Positions 9,692 to 21,437 are shown, numbered from the stretch's first letter. The stretch: DNA of 32,000 nucleotides from Candidatus Kuenenia stuttgartensis (GCF_900232105.1 NZ_LT934425.1:3390001-3422000); one strand, 5' to 3'. Numbers and translations: made by a program. The notes: generated by a model from the letters alone, not told the origin.

Positions 9692-10758
9692 AAGAAAAAA
9701 CAAAAAAGAGTGTTTCATATAAAGATGCCGGTGTTGATATTGATACGAAAGGTTGTTTTACGTCGAATATCTATTCGAAAATGCAAACAACATTTGACGG
9801 CAGGGTAATTGAGAACCCAGGGGGATTTGGCGGGTTGTTTGCATTAAATTCAAGGCTGAAAAAATATCGACAGCCCGTTCTTGTTTCTTCCTCCGATGGC
9901 GTGGGCACAAAATTAAAAATAGCCTTTATGATGAATAAGCATGACACCATTGGCATTGATTTAGTGGCCATGTGTGTGAACGATGTTGTAGTGTTGGGTG
10001 CCGAGCCTTTGTTTTTTCTGGATTACCTTGCAAGCAGCAAAATCATACCTGAAGTTCTTCATGAAGTTATAGATGGTATCGTTGAAGGGTGCCGCCAGGC
10101 CGGTTGTTCACTCATTGGAGGTGAAACACCTGAAATGCCGGGATTTTACCAAAAAGGAGAATATGACATCGCTGGTTTTGTTGTGGGGGTGGTAGAAAAA
10201 GACGAGATTATTAATGGTAAAAACATTACACCGGGAGACGTTGTATTGGGGTTAGGTTCCAACGGCATTCACAGCAACGGGTATTCACTTGTTCGAAAGA
10301 TTTTTTTTGAGGAAGCGGGAATGAAGCCTTCCCGGAGTTTACGGAAATATGGGTTGAAAACAACCCTGGGAGAGGAGATTCTTAAGCCTACCAGGATTTA
10401 CGTAAAAGCAATTCTCAAAATATTAAATAAATATAAAAATAAAACTGTTATTAAGGGGATGGCGCATATCACCGGCGGCGGTTTGCTGGAAAATATACCG
10501 AGAATCCTGCCGGAAGGGTGCTCGGTGAAAATAGACAAAACCAGGTGGGACATTCCGGCAATATTTAAAATAATGCAGGATATCGGCAATATTAATGAGC
10601 GGGAAATGTTTCGTGTTTTTAATATGGGGATAGGTATGGCGCTGATTGTTTCTGCGTTGGATGTGAAAAAAATAATGAATGACCTAAACGCTGCCGGTGA
10701 ATCAGTATCGGTTATTGGCGAGGTAACTGAGGGGGAAAGAAGCGTACAGGTTATTTAA
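9688..10758 (+). CDS. purM: Phosphoribosylformylglycinamidine cyclo-ligase
   Basis: SYKDAGVDIDTKG, SSDGVGTKLKIA, GGETPEMPGFY, HITGGGLLENIPR; ATG 9688 overlaps the stop of the upstream GT gene (ATGA). ORF track opens at 9658. Confidence 0.95.
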   Translation: MKEKTKKSVSYKDAGVDIDTKGCFTSNIYSKMQTTFDGRVIENPGGFGGLFALNSRLKKYRQPVLVSSSDGVGTKLKIAFMMNKHDTIGIDLVAMCVNDVVVLGAEPLFFLDYLASSKIIPEVLHEVIDGIVEGCRQAGCSLIGGETPEMPGFYQKGEYDIAGFVVGVVEKDEIINGKNITPGDVVLGLGSNGIHSNGYSLVRKIFFEEAGMKPSRSLRKYGLKTTLGEEILKPTRIYVKAILKILNKYKNKTVIKGMAHITGGGLLENIPRILPEGCSVKIDKTRWDIPAIFKIMQDIGNINEREMFRVFNMGIGMALIVSALDVKKIMNDLNAAGESVSVIGEVTEGERSVQVI

Positions 10759-10820
10759 CGGAATCAATTAAATAATAGAGGAATTTTCGTTTTATGTAAA
10801 AACGAAATACCAGCAAAAGA

Positions 10821-10855
10821 AAAATCCCCCTGAACCTTATGTTCAGGGGGATTTT
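10821..10855. terminator. Bidirectional-looking terminator hairpin between purM and the porin gene
   Basis: Perfect 15-bp stem AAAATCCCCCTGAAC / GTTCAGGGGGATTTT with CTTAT loop. Confidence 0.88.
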
Positions 10856-10896
10856 CATTTATCATTAGCAATAATTGAATTCCTTTGTTTTTAAAC

Positions 10897-12165
10897 CTAG
10901 AATAAGTATTCTACGCCTGCCCCTACAATTACCTCTTCGTCAGCGCTGTCATCACCGGCAAAATTAATATACCTGAATTCAGGCCTGAATAAGAGATTTT
11001 CTCTCACCTTTATGTTTGCAGTGACGGTTACGTCCCATACTGAAGTATCAAACCATCTTACACCATCGGTATCGTCGAGGTATTCGTATCGAACAACACC
11101 CTGGAACCAGTCGGTAAAATCATATAAACTATATCCGGCAACGCCCCACCAATGGCCGGTAGTACCAGTGGCCATACCGCTGGAAATATCCATTGCGGCA
11201 TCTTCTGCAACACCCCAATCTCCATTGAACATTAACTTCAACTTGTTTGTTAACTGGTATGATGCTACCAGGTCAAACATTTGAGTTAAACCACCGGTAG
11301 AACTGCTTCGTTGAGCATCGCTCGCAATCGGCCCCTTTTCCTGATCCCAACCTTCAGCGCCGTGAATACCTGCTAAGGAAACAAAGGTCTTTTCTGATGG
11401 TGAAGTATAAGAAATGTACCATCCGAGAGACTTTGCGGAGTTGTTATCGATGAAAGAGTCCCATCCGTTCACCAAATAAAGTGCGGCATAAACATTGTCC
11501 GTTAAATCATATCCTGCCTTAATTCCGGTGTGGGTAAAAGGGATTGCATTGTTATAAAGCGTGCCGTGCTGATAATTAGGGTTCCCTATGTTTTCAACCA
11601 GCTCTAATCCAATCCATGTATACATCTTACCTGCGGTAATGGTTAATCCTTTACCTATTGGCGCAATCCATGAAATATTTGCTGTGGCTACGGTAAAAAT
11701 ATCGTCTCTGTCGGGATCATTCGTACCCCGGGGAGTTGCTTCTCCCAAGAAAGTAATTCTTTTCGCCTTTTCACCAAAATAGGTATGTAACTGCCAGCCT
11801 ATAGGGTGTTCTTCAGTGGCTTCCTTATCTAAGAAAAGGGTAAAGCTCTCGAAGGTTAATGAATTATTTTCGTTTTCACCAATAAAGTTCAAGCCACTCG
11901 CAAGTTCATCCTGTTGAGGAGAATTGCTATGTTTCTTGAAACTGTAAAAATAATTCACATCCAAAAATCCGCTCAAAGAAACGTTTTTTAGGCCACCTAA
12001 TAAGGGTGAATCCCACACGGTTTCGTTTACCTCTGCTAATATTTCCTCTTTTAACTCTGCCTTTAATGCTTCTCTGTCAAAATCCTGTGCAAAAGTAGTT
12101 TGACTTGCTAAAAAAATTCCTGCAGCAAGCAGTGGAAGCATAAAAGAAAACTTTTTATGTATCAT
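10897..12165 (-). CDS. Outer membrane beta-barrel porin-like protein
   Basis: Signal peptide MIHKKFSFMLPLLAAGIFLASQTTFAQ; alternating beta-strand pattern and terminal aromatic residue (GAGVEYLF). Confidence 0.75.
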   Translation of the reverse strand: MIHKKFSFMLPLLAAGIFLASQTTFAQDFDREALKAELKEEILAEVNETVWDSPLLGGLKNVSLSGFLDVNYFYSFKKHSNSPQQDELASGLNFIGENENNSLTFESFTLFLDKEATEEHPIGWQLHTYFGEKAKRITFLGEATPRGTNDPDRDDIFTVATANISWIAPIGKGLTITAGKMYTWIGLELVENIGNPNYQHGTLYNNAIPFTHTGIKAGYDLTDNVYAALYLVNGWDSFIDNNSAKSLGWYISYTSPSEKTFVSLAGIHGAEGWDQEKGPIASDAQRSSSTGGLTQMFDLVASYQLTNKLKLMFNGDWGVAEDAAMDISSGMATGTTGHWWGVAGYSLYDFTDWFQGVVRYEYLDDTDGVRWFDTSVWDVTVTANIKVRENLLFRPEFRYINFAGDDSADEEVIVGAGVEYLF

Positions 12166-12572
12166 AATTACTTTTCTCCTATTCTTGTAAGATTGTTAAA
12201 AACCAATTCTAACGAAACGTAAGATTGTTGTAAAATATCCCTCCTTTCCTCTTCCTCTTTTTTACTATTAAAAGATTTTTACATAAAACACACAATACTA
12301 CGTACGAAATAGACGAAAGACCCAAACAACACTTCTTAGTTCCGTGAAAATAATAAGCGAGCAAAGAGAGTGCCTTTGCAATAATATATCATTATATATG
12401 AATAATTTATTATTATTAAACTTATTTTTGCAAAAAAATTAATACAACTACTTATAAAATAACACTATATGGCATAGGTATACAAAAGAGGTTAAAATGA
12501 AAAATCTTGCATACATTTATAAAGTAAGCATATAATTGGTCATTTTTTATAAAATGGGATATATTTGCCATT

Positions 12573-12634
12573 AAGAGTGGCCGATATGCTCCATTAACAC
12601 TTCAAGAGTGGCCGATATGCTCCGTTAACACTTC
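12573..12634 (+). repeat. Two-copy 31-bp tandem repeat
   Basis: AAGAGTGGCCGATATGCTCC(A/G)TTAACACTTC at 12573-12603 and 12604-12634, one mismatch. Confidence 0.92.
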
Positions 12635-12723
12635 ATACGTGTTATAGGGGGGGGGTATTTTACAGTTATTGACTTTTTTGTAAACAAAATTCGCAGGAGG
12701 GTATTGATTAGGGAATCATTTTT

Positions 12724-12751
12724 CTTGACCTTAACAGTTTTACAAGTATAA
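12724..12751 (+). promoter_or_regulatory. Candidate sigma70-like promoter upstream of fhs
   Basis: TTGACC (12724-12729), 16-nt spacer, TATAAT (12746-12751). Confidence 0.45.
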
Positions 12752-12895
12752 TCGAGCGATTTATATGCCGCAGAGACCATAATACCACGATAGTGAGTGA
12801 TAAGAGAGACACTTAGGTATGTATCTTAGATAGCAAAAATACTTTTTTAATTTATTACAAATGTAAAATTTACATTAAAAGGAGGCGTTAATATT

Positions 12896-14659
12896 ATGTC
12901 ATTAGATCCTACCAAATTTGCGGATTGGCAGATAGCGGAAGAAGCAGAAAAGGGGATGAAGACTGTATATGAGTTAGCGGATAAATTAGGTCTTGCGAAA
13001 GAAGAGCTGCTTCCTCATGGGCACTATGTAGCCAAGGTTGATTACAAGAAAATATTGAAGCGATATGAAGGCAAACCTGACGGCAAATTTGTCGATGTAA
13101 CCGCCATAACTCCTACGCCACTTGGTGAAGGCAAATCAACAACCACGATAGGGTTGGTGCAGGGACTAGGGAAAAGAGGCAAGAACGTTATAGGTACAAT
13201 ACGGCAGCCGTCCGGCGGCCCTACGATGAACATAAAAGGGTCGGCAGCCGGAGGAGGTCTTTCGCAGTGCATCCCCCTCACGCCATTTTCTTTGGGGCTT
13301 ACCGGTGATATTAACGCGATAATGAATGCGCATAATTTGGCGATGGTGGCGCTTACCTCAAGAATGCAGCACGAATTTAATTATGACGATGCGACACTTG
13401 CCAAAAAAAACCTGAGGCGGTTGAATATTGACCCCCACAGGGTTGAAATGAAATGGATCATAGACTTTTGCGCCCAGTCGCTTCGCCAGATTGTGATTGG
13501 ATTGGGGGGCAAGATGGACGGGTTCATGATGGAGTCCGGATTTGCCATAGCAGTTTCTTCAGAAATCATGGCAATTCTCTCTGTTGCCAAAGACCTGAAA
13601 GACATGCGTGAACGCATGGGAAAGATCGTAGTGGCGTATGACAAATCAGGAAAGCCTGTAACAACGGCTGATCTGGAAGTAGACGGCGCAATGACGGCAT
13701 GGATGGTGGAGGCTCTCAATCCGAACCTGATGCAAACTATTGAAGGTCAGCCGGTCTTTGTGCATGCTGGTCCTTTTGCCAATATTGCTATCGGGCAGTC
13801 TTCAATTGTGGCGGATAGGATTGCTTTGAAACTAGGGGATTACGTGGTTACCGAATCAGGATTTGGCGCGGACATCGGATTTGAGAAATTCTGGAATCTG
13901 AAGTGCCGTTTTTCTGGCAGCAAACCGAATGCTGCTGTATTGGTTGCTACTGTGAGGGCGCTCAAGTGTCATGGGGGTGCGCCTGTGCCGGTGCCGGGAC
14001 ATCCGCTTGATCCGTGCTATAAGGAGGAGAATGTCGGGTGGGTGGAAAAAGGGACGGAAAACCTGACCCATCTTATTAATGTTGTGAAAAAGGCGGGGAT
14101 TAATCCGGTAGTGTGTATTAATGCATTTTATACGGACACAGAGCCGGAGATTAATGCTGTAAGGAGGCTTGCGGAGCGGGCAGGGGCACGCGTTGCGTTG
14201 TCAAAGCATTGGCTAAAGGGGGGAGATGGTGCGGTGGAACTTGCTGATGCAGTAATTGATGCCTGCAATGAGCCAAATGACTTTAAATTTCTGTATGAAC
14301 TCAGCACGCCGCTAAGAACGCGTATAGAGTTAATTGCGGAGCAGGTGTATGGTGCGGACGGCGTGGATTACAGTCCGGACGCTTTAGCAAAAGTAAAGGC
14401 CATGGAAGCTGATCCTGAAACTTCAAAGCTTGGAACATGCATGGTGAAGACGCATCTTTCACTCACGGATAATCCCAATATAAAGGGAGCGCCAAAGAAC
14501 TGGAGGCTGAGTATCCGGGATATTCTGACATTTAAGGGTGCGGGGTTTGTGGTGCCCATTGCGGGGAATATTAAACTGATGCCGGGAACATGTTCCGATC
14601 CGGCGTATCGCCGCGTTGATGTTGATGTGGAAACCGGAAAAGTAAAAGGGCTTTTCTGA
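12896..14659 (+). CDS. fhs: Formate--tetrahydrofolate ligase
   Basis: 587 aa; [44 protein letters not shown]-type and C-terminal [19 protein letters not shown]; RBS AAAGGAGG. Confidence 0.97.
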   Translation: MSLDPTKFADWQIAEEAEKGMKTVYELADKLGLAKEELLPHGHYVAKVDYKKILKRYEGKPDGKFVDVTAITPTPLGEGKSTTTIGLVQGLGKRGKNVIGTIRQPSGGPTMNIKGSAAGGGLSQCIPLTPFSLGLTGDINAIMNAHNLAMVALTSRMQHEFNYDDATLAKKNLRRLNIDPHRVEMKWIIDFCAQSLRQIVIGLGGKMDGFMMESGFAIAVSSEIMAILSVAKDLKDMRERMGKIVVAYDKSGKPVTTADLEVDGAMTAWMVEALNPNLMQTIEGQPVFVHAGPFANIAIGQSSIVADRIALKLGDYVVTESGFGADIGFEKFWNLKCRFSGSKPNAAVLVATVRALKCHGGAPVPVPGHPLDPCYKEENVGWVEKGTENLTHLINVVKKAGINPVVCINAFYTDTEPEINAVRRLAERAGARVALSKHWLKGGDGAVELADAVIDACNEPNDFKFLYELSTPLRTRIELIAEQVYGADGVDYSPDALAKVKAMEADPETSKLGTCMVKTHLSLTDNPNIKGAPKNWRLSIRDILTFKGAGFVVPIAGNIKLMPGTCSDPAYRRVDVDVETGKVKGLF

Positions 14660-14719
14660 TATATTTTATTATTTTTTTCAACATGATTTAAAAGGCTGCA
14701 CATTTCAGGGCAAAAGAAG

Positions 14720-14760
14720 AAGGCTGGCGGATGATAATGAAGTCCACAGCCTTTTTTTTT
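14720..14760 (+). terminator. Rho-independent terminator after fhs
   Basis: AAGGCTG-GC-GGA (14720-14731) pairs with TCC-A-CAGCCTT (14743-14753), followed by a T run. Confidence 0.8.
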
Positions 14761-15053
14761 GAGTGCCTTGTTAACAATGCCTTGACATAAACATTCATCT
14801 TCGCTTAAAATGAAATGCCTGTTACCTTTGGTTACTAAGGAGCGCGAAAATACCCCTTCGGCAGTCGTTCCTGACAGAGAGGGAAATCTTAAGATTTGGA
14901 ACAAGGATTTCCCCGCCGTCTGCCCTGAGCGGAAGATTTCTTGCTATTTCTTTTCCTGAAATGATAAAAGCGAGGGGGGGCGAAATAACAATTACAGGTG
15001 AAATCTGTCGTTGTTTAATTATAAAAATTCTTTTTTAGCATTATTTTGAAATT

Positions 15054-17696
15054 ATGATAACAAAATTATTCGGGACATCGAACGATCGGGTATTAAAAAA
15101 GATATACCCAATTGTAAAGCAAATAAATTCCCTTGAACCAAAAATGAAGTCTTTGACTGATTCCGAATTACGTCAAAAAACAGATGAATATAAGGAAAGA
15201 TTGTCAAAAGGCGAAACGATGGATAATATTTTGTCGGAAGCATTTGCCACGGTAAGAGAAGCAAGCAGAAGGATTCTTGTGGTTCCAAATGCGGATAGTC
15301 CGGACAAGACGATGAGGCATTTTGATGTTCAGCTTATAGGTGGCATTGTGTTGCATCATGGTAAAATTGCTGAAATGACCACTGGAGAAGGTAAAACGCT
15401 TGTCGCGACTCTGCCTGCATATCTAAATGCTTTATCGGGAAAAGGCGTCCATGTAGTGACGGTCAATGATTATTTGGCAAAGCGTGACAGAGACTGGATG
15501 TCTCCATTATATGAATTTCTGGGATTAAAGGCAGGGGCTATTCAGTCACATCAGGCCTATGATGAAAAAAAAGAGGCATATTTATGCGATATAACCTATG
15601 GTACAAACAATGAATTTGGTTTTGATTATCTTCGCGATAATATGAAAGTGAGACTGGAGGAGCAGGTACAAGTTAGCTGTGGTTTAAATTTTGCTATTGT
15701 TGATGAGGTGGACAGTATTCTTATTGATGAAGCACGTACACCTTTAATCATTTCCGGGCCTGCGGAAGAATCTACGGAGAAATATTATGTAGCAGATAAA
15801 ATAGCAAGGAGATTAAAACGGGGAGAGCATTTCGAAATAAAAGAAAAAGAACGCATGGCGCATCTTACCGAGGAAGGCATTGAAGAGGTTGAAAAGTTTT
15901 TAAATGTGGAAAGTCTTTATACAGGCACAAACATGGAATGGCCTCATTATATTGAACAAGCGTTGCGCGCCCATTACCTGTTCAGAAATGAAACAGATTA
16001 TATCGTAAAAAATGGTGAGGTTATTATTGTTGACGAATTTACCGGAAGATTGATGGAAGGAAGACAATGGAGTGACGGATTGCATCAGGCGATACAAGCG
16101 AAAGAACATCAGCGTATTAAGGAAGAAAATCAAACACTTGCCACCATAACCCTTCAGAATTTCTATAGATTATATGATAAACTTTCCGGAATGACAGGTA
16201 CTGCTTTAACAGAGGCTGCGGAATTTGATAAGATTTACAAACTGGAAGTGGTCACTATCCCCACGAATAAGCCTTTGCAACGTAAGATTTTCCCGGACAG
16301 GGTTTATAGAACGGAAAAAGAAAAATACGATGCTATTGTCCGGGAAATTGTCGAAGTGCATAAACAGGAAAGGCCGGTATTGGTCGGGACAGTGTCTATT
16401 GAAAAATCAGAATTTATAAGCGAGAAGCTCCGAAGGGAAGGTATCGAACACGAGGTGCTGAATGCAAAACATCATGAGCGGGAAGCTCAGATAATTGCAA
16501 AGGCAGGGCAGCGGGGCAATGTTACCATTGCTACGAATATGGCAGGCAGGGGTACTGATATTGTTTTAGAAGAAGGCGTCGCTTCCCTGGGTGGACTTCA
16601 TATCATAGGCACTGAAAGGCATGAAGCGAGGCGTATTGATAATCAGCTTCGCGGACGTGCAGGCAGGCAGGGCGATCCGGGATCATCACGCTTTTACGTC
16701 TCATTGCAGGATGATTTAATGCGCATTTTTGCTTCCGAACGTGTGAGTTCTCTGCTAAAAACATTTGGCATGGAAGAAGGCATGGCTATCGAACACTCGA
16801 TGGTCTCTAAATCTATTGAAAGGGCGCAGAAAAAAGTAGAAGCGCATAATTTTGAAATACGTAAACACTTGCTTGATTATGATGAAGTAATGGACCATCA
16901 GCGAAAAACAATATACAGTCTTAGACAAAATGTGCTTGAGGGAAAATACTTATACGATTATATCACACAAATGATAGAAGACAGCATTTGCGAGATGGTA
17001 GGCCATGCATTTGAAACAAAAAGCATCGGGAGTGAAAAAAACTATGAGGATGATGATGACTACCCTGAAGAATATTTTGATTTGGCTGGATGGTTTGAGC
17101 AAAAATTCGGCATACCGGTTGATCTAAATGAAGTTGGGGAGAAGACCCGCCAGAATATTGAGGAGTTCCTGACGCAAAAGGCATTTGATGCTTACAAGGA
17201 AAAGGAAAATGCTATTGGCAAATTCGGAATGGAAAAAATAGCGCAAATCCTTTTGTTGGAGAAGATTGATACAAAGTGGAAAGACCATTTATATGCAATG
17301 GATCACTTGCGGTCCGGCATAGGATTAAGGGGATATGCCCAGATTGATCCAAGGATAGAATATAAGCGGGAAGCGCTTGGCATGTTTGAAAATATGAATA
17401 TGTCCATAAAAGATGAAGTGACAAGTCTTATTTTTAAACTGCAGAAGGTAGAGGAATCGGAGATAAAGGAAGTATTGCGTCCGGAAACATACATACATAA
17501 GGAAGTTTCCGGACGGGAAAGAATACAGGGACCTCCAGACCCAATAACTGCTCCTGTTCGGGAAAATAATGCAAGAGCGGAAGAACGGGTGGAAAGAAAA
17601 GTGGAACCGATAAAAGTCGGTGTTAAAGTCGGGAGAAACCAGCCTTGCATATGTGGCAGTGGCAAAAAATTTAAACAGTGTTGCGGCAGGGCATGA
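15054..17696 (+). CDS. secA: Preprotein translocase ATPase SecA
   Basis: 880 aa; MTTGEGKTLVATLPAYLNAL, VDEVDSILIDEARTPLIISG, NMAGRGTDIVL, C-terminal SEC-C CICGSGKKFKQCCG. Confidence 0.98.
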   Translation: MITKLFGTSNDRVLKKIYPIVKQINSLEPKMKSLTDSELRQKTDEYKERLSKGETMDNILSEAFATVREASRRILVVPNADSPDKTMRHFDVQLIGGIVLHHGKIAEMTTGEGKTLVATLPAYLNALSGKGVHVVTVNDYLAKRDRDWMSPLYEFLGLKAGAIQSHQAYDEKKEAYLCDITYGTNNEFGFDYLRDNMKVRLEEQVQVSCGLNFAIVDEVDSILIDEARTPLIISGPAEESTEKYYVADKIARRLKRGEHFEIKEKERMAHLTEEGIEEVEKFLNVESLYTGTNMEWPHYIEQALRAHYLFRNETDYIVKNGEVIIVDEFTGRLMEGRQWSDGLHQAIQAKEHQRIKEENQTLATITLQNFYRLYDKLSGMTGTALTEAAEFDKIYKLEVVTIPTNKPLQRKIFPDRVYRTEKEKYDAIVREIVEVHKQERPVLVGTVSIEKSEFISEKLRREGIEHEVLNAKHHEREAQIIAKAGQRGNVTIATNMAGRGTDIVLEEGVASLGGLHIIGTERHEARRIDNQLRGRAGRQGDPGSSRFYVSLQDDLMRIFASERVSSLLKTFGMEEGMAIEHSMVSKSIERAQKKVEAHNFEIRKHLLDYDEVMDHQRKTIYSLRQNVLEGKYLYDYITQMIEDSICEMVGHAFETKSIGSEKNYEDDDDYPEEYFDLAGWFEQKFGIPVDLNEVGEKTRQNIEEFLTQKAFDAYKEKENAIGKFGMEKIAQILLLEKIDTKWKDHLYAMDHLRSGIGLRGYAQIDPRIEYKREALGMFENMNMSIKDEVTSLIFKLQKVEESEIKEVLRPETYIHKEVSGRERIQGPPDPITAPVRENNARAEERVERKVEPIKVGVKVGRNQPCICGSGKKFKQCCGRA

Positions 17697-17778
17697 TAAT
17701 TTAGATGCGTTATCATTGTATTAATGAACCGGTTAGAAGCAGCGCTGTGTATTTATTATAAAATCCTTTCCTATTTGC

Positions 17779-19095
17779 ATGCCTACAATTTTTGATGCTT
17801 TTTATATAATAGCACTTACCTTTGGTTTTCCCTATTTTCTCCTGAAAATTTTAATAAATAAGCGGTTCCGCACTGGTTTATTACAACGTTTTGGCTTTAT
17901 TCCGGCAAAAGCCGGCAAAAAACCTTGTATATGGATTCATTGCGCTTCGGTTGGAGAGGTTCTAGCCGCAAAGACTCTTATAAAGTCCATAGAAAAAGAG
18001 TTCGACGGGTTTGAAATAGCGTTGTCTGTTAATACAAATACGGGGTTTTCTGTTGCAAAAAAATATTTTGAAGGAAAGAGGATTTTTTATTTTCCGCTTG
18101 ATTTGAGCTGGGTGGTCAATAAAGCATTCAACAGAATAAAGCCGCAATTAATACTATTAATAGAACTGGAAATATGGCCGAATTTTATAACTGCCGCTGC
18201 AAAAAAACAAATTCCCGTTGTTTTGGTAAATGCAAGAATATCTGCTAAATCAGCGAAGTGGTACCGGTTGTTTTGCCGGATTTCGTGCATGTTTTCAAAA
18301 AGTTTGCTTAGAAAAGAAAACCTTTTTTGTGCGAGAACGCAGGCTGACGCCTTCCGCCTTAAAGAGCTGGGCATATCGGAGACTCAAATAAAGATCACCG
18401 GTAACATGAAATACGATAATATTGTCACCGATATTCCCGCAAACACAAGAGAACGTTTGCTGGAATTGTTTGAAATTGAAGCGGATGAAGAGGTGATCGT
18501 CTGTGGCAGCACTTTTGAAGGCGAAGAAATTATTCTTTTGAGGGTGTTTAAAAATCTTTGTGTAAAATTTGGTAAATTAAGGTTGATTATTGCGCCGCGT
18601 CATATTGAAAGAGTTCCCTATATTATAAAACAGATAGCTTCTCTGGGGTTTGACTATGCAAAAAAGTCATCGCTTGATAAGGGAAAGAAGGGTGCAGGAT
18701 ATAAGGGGAATCCAATTATTGTTGTTGATACGGTAGGGGAGTTGTCTACTATTTATAGCATTGCTTATTGTGTGTTTGTGGGAAGAAGTTTGATTCCCCA
18801 TGGCGGACAAAATATGGTAGAACCTGCTGGTTTGGCAAAACCTGTTATTGTAGGTCCTCATACGTTTAATTTTAAAGAGGAAGTTGATCTGTTAAAAAAG
18901 GCAGATGCGATTTTGATAGTGGATGATGAACATTCTTTGTCAAAAGCGATAACATATTTATTGGAGCATCCGGAAGAATCCAGGGAAATTGGCAGGAGGG
19001 CACAATTAGCGGTAACAAAACAAAAGGGCGTTGTAAATCGTAATATGAATATATTGAGAGAACATTTTTTGGAAGAGAGGACTGTATTGTTATGA
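17779..19095 (+). CDS. waaA: 3-deoxy-D-manno-octulosonic acid (Kdo) transferase
   Basis: [72 protein letters not shown]. Confidence 0.92.
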   Translation: MPTIFDAFYIIALTFGFPYFLLKILINKRFRTGLLQRFGFIPAKAGKKPCIWIHCASVGEVLAAKTLIKSIEKEFDGFEIALSVNTNTGFSVAKKYFEGKRIFYFPLDLSWVVNKAFNRIKPQLILLIELEIWPNFITAAAKKQIPVVLVNARISAKSAKWYRLFCRISCMFSKSLLRKENLFCARTQADAFRLKELGISETQIKITGNMKYDNIVTDIPANTRERLLELFEIEADEEVIVCGSTFEGEEIILLRVFKNLCVKFGKLRLIIAPRHIERVPYIIKQIASLGFDYAKKSSLDKGKKGAGYKGNPIIVVDTVGELSTIYSIAYCVFVGRSLIPHGGQNMVEPAGLAKPVIVGPHTFNFKEEVDLLKKADAILIVDDEHSLSKAITYLLEHPEESREIGRRAQLAVTKQKGVVNRNMNILREHFLEERTVLL

Positions 19096-20258
19096 GGAGC
19101 GGAAGGTATTTATTTACTTCGGAATCTGTTTCAATGGGACACCCTGACAAAATAGCTGATCAGATATCCGATAGCGTATTAGATGCTATGCTGGAACAAG
19201 ACCCTATGAGCAGGGTTGCTTGTGAAACTTTGGTGACAACAGGGGTTGCTTTTGTTGCGGGTGAATTCACCACTAAGGCGAATGTAAATATACCCGATAT
19301 CGTAAGGAATACGATAAAAGAAATAGGCTATTGCGATGCGTCTATGGGATTTGACTATAATACCTGCGCGGTTCTTACAAGCATTGGCAAACAATCGCCG
19401 GATATTTCACAGGGGGTAAGCGGTGAAGGACTACATAAAGAAGAAGGCGCTGGAGATCAGGGAATGATGTTCGGCTACGCTTGCAATGATACGCCGGAAT
19501 TAATGCCCCTTCCAATTATGCTGGCACACAGGGCAATCATAAAGCATGCCGAATTGAGGCAAAACGGGACATTAAAGTATTTGCGTCCTGACGCTAAATC
19601 CCAGATTACGGTTGAATATGAAGGCCTTAAACCTATCAGAGTACATACCGTTGTTATTTCTACACAGCATGCCCCTGATGTTAAACATGACACTATTAAA
19701 ACGGACATGATCGAGAAGGTTGCCAAACAGGTGATACCGGCAAACTTGCTGGACAGCAAAACGATTTATCATATCAATCCTACAGGGCGTTTTGTAATCG
19801 GCGGTCCGCAGGGGGATTGCGGTTTGACCGGCAGGAAGATTATCGTTGATACGTATGGCGGATGGGGTCGTCATGGCGGAGGTGCTTTCTCCGGAAAAGA
19901 TCCAACAAAGGTTGACAGAAGCGCTTGTTATGCAGCCAGACATATCGCAAAAAATTTAGTAGCAGCAGGATTGGCAGACAGGTGTGAGGCGCAGGTGGCG
20001 TATGCTATTGGAGTGGCAAAACCATTGTCTGTTCACATTACTACAGAAGGTACCGGTAAACTCCCGGATGAAAGGCTTACTCAGATTTGTGAAAAAGTTT
20101 TTGATATGACGCCCAGCGGTATTATCAAGAGATTGAATCTGAGAAGGCCAATTTATAAGATTACCGCCAGACATGGACATTTTGGCCGTACCGAGGATTC
20201 ATTTACCTGGGAAAAGACTGATATGGTGGATACGTTACGTAAGGAAGCGGGTGTTTGA
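19092..20258 (+). CDS. metK: S-adenosylmethionine synthetase
   Basis: [63 protein letters not shown]; ATGA overlap with the waaA stop. Confidence 0.97.
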   Translation: MRSGRYLFTSESVSMGHPDKIADQISDSVLDAMLEQDPMSRVACETLVTTGVAFVAGEFTTKANVNIPDIVRNTIKEIGYCDASMGFDYNTCAVLTSIGKQSPDISQGVSGEGLHKEEGAGDQGMMFGYACNDTPELMPLPIMLAHRAIIKHAELRQNGTLKYLRPDAKSQITVEYEGLKPIRVHTVVISTQHAPDVKHDTIKTDMIEKVAKQVIPANLLDSKTIYHINPTGRFVIGGPQGDCGLTGRKIIVDTYGGWGRHGGGAFSGKDPTKVDRSACYAARHIAKNLVAAGLADRCEAQVAYAIGVAKPLSVHITTEGTGKLPDERLTQICEKVFDMTPSGIIKRLNLRRPIYKITARHGHFGRTEDSFTWEKTDMVDTLRKEAGV

Positions 20259-20417
20259 AGTGCGGTAATCGTTTATTACTGAGGGTGCAAAGAACGTTGG
20301 GAAGTAAATACATGAGAGGCTAGAAGTTGGAGAATAGAAACAGTAATCCAGCTTCTGGCTTCCAATACCTACACTATTGATAAGTTTTTGAAGGTGTGAA
20401 TCCTGGAGTGCCATATT

Positions 20418-20624
20418 ATGGTTTATCGCGTATTGATAGAAAAGGGTGAAGACTTTGGTTTTGTAGCCCACTGTCCTGCCATACCTGGATGCCATTCTCA
20501 AGGGGACACTATTGAGGATGCTATAGAAAATATAAAAGACGCCATTAAGGCCTGTTTGGAAGCTTTGGATAAGGATTTGGTAACGCAAACCAAAGAGTTG
20601 GCTTATTTTGAGGTTACAATATAA
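20418..20624 (+). CDS. HicB-like antitoxin
   Basis: YRVLIEKGEDFGFVAHCPAIPGCHSQGDTIEDAIENIKDAIKACLEAL. Confidence 0.8.
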   Translation: MVYRVLIEKGEDFGFVAHCPAIPGCHSQGDTIEDAIENIKDAIKACLEALDKDLVTQTKELAYFEVTI

Positions 20625-20625
20625 A

Positions 20626-20856
20626 GTGGCATCAAAACTGCCGGTAATTTCTGGTAAAGAGGCGGTAAAAGCGTTTGAGAAAGCCGGTTGGAAATTTGTA
20701 AGAGTTGGTAGTAATTGTCACATAATACTGAAAAAAGAGGGTGTTATTACAACCCTCTCTATTCCAGCGCATAACACCTTGGATCGTGGTCTATTGCGGT
20801 CATTAATAAGAGATGCATACTTATCTATCGAGGAGTTTAAAAAACTTTTGGAATAA
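20626..20856 (+). CDS. HicA-like mRNA interferase toxin
   Basis: LPVISGKEAVKAFEKAGWKFVRVGSNCHIILKKEG...LSIPAHNTLDRGLLRSLIRDAYLSIEEF; GTG start at 20626 immediately after the HicB stop (ORF track opens at 20608). Confidence 0.85.
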   Translation: MASKLPVISGKEAVKAFEKAGWKFVRVGSNCHIILKKEGVITTLSIPAHNTLDRGLLRSLIRDAYLSIEEFKKLLE

Positions 20857-20898
20857 TTGCTAAGTTTGTAACCTGCGCCCAGTAATTAAAACAGATTC

Positions 20899-21345
20899 TT
20901 GTGTGTTCAGAGTTGTAATCTGAACACATCTTGTAAATCCATGATAACAAAAGATATTATACTCAACAGGGATTATGATGGATTACTGCACCTTACAGGT
21001 GCAGACATAATCTTTTTATTTGGTTCGATCCTTACAGACAGTTTTCATAAAGATAGCGATATTGATATTGGTGTTTATTTTGAAAACCGGCGTTATGATA
21101 AAACCGCTGTTTACGATACCGTCATTGATTTCTTTCAAACTGAAAAAGTAGATGTTGCTTTTTTAAATGAGGCGCCTCCATTGCTCTTATATCAGGTTAT
21201 AAAAAATGGCAAACCTATGGCCTGTGAGAACTATAAAATACTGATGGAATTCAGGCTTCGTAGTATCAAAAAGTATTGGGAGACTAAAAAATTCAGAAAG
21301 ATGAAAGAATATCTATTAAAGAATTATGTCGAAAGAATCAGATGA
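20899..21345 (+). CDS. MNT-type nucleotidyltransferase (MntA-like antitoxin); ATG 20941 is a likely alternative start
   Basis: IIFLFGSILTDSFHKDSDIDIGVYF (GSx10DxD). Confidence 0.8.
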   Translation: MCVQSCNLNTSCKSMITKDIILNRDYDGLLHLTGADIIFLFGSILTDSFHKDSDIDIGVYFENRRYDKTAVYDTVIDFFQTEKVDVAFLNEAPPLLLYQVIKNGKPMACENYKILMEFRLRSIKKYWETKKFRKMKEYLLKNYVERIR

Positions 21346-21437
21346 ATTGGCTTCCTGACAATAAAGAGATTTTTATAGGCAAGCTTAATTTCCTTAAGAA
21401 TTATTATGGGGAACTTAAAAGTTTTGTAACAATTTAG
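21342..21437 (+). pseudogene. HepT/HEPN-like N-terminal fragment coupled to the MNT gene
   Basis: ATGA overlap with the MNT stop; manual translation MNWLPDNKEIFIGKLNFLKNYYGELKSFVTI*. Confidence 0.5.

Noticed and set aside
14368-14904. 178-aa minus-strand ORF antisense to the fhs 3' end
   Set aside because: Overlaps a strongly supported fhs ORF and its terminator; composition looks like an antisense artefact and no domain is recognisable.
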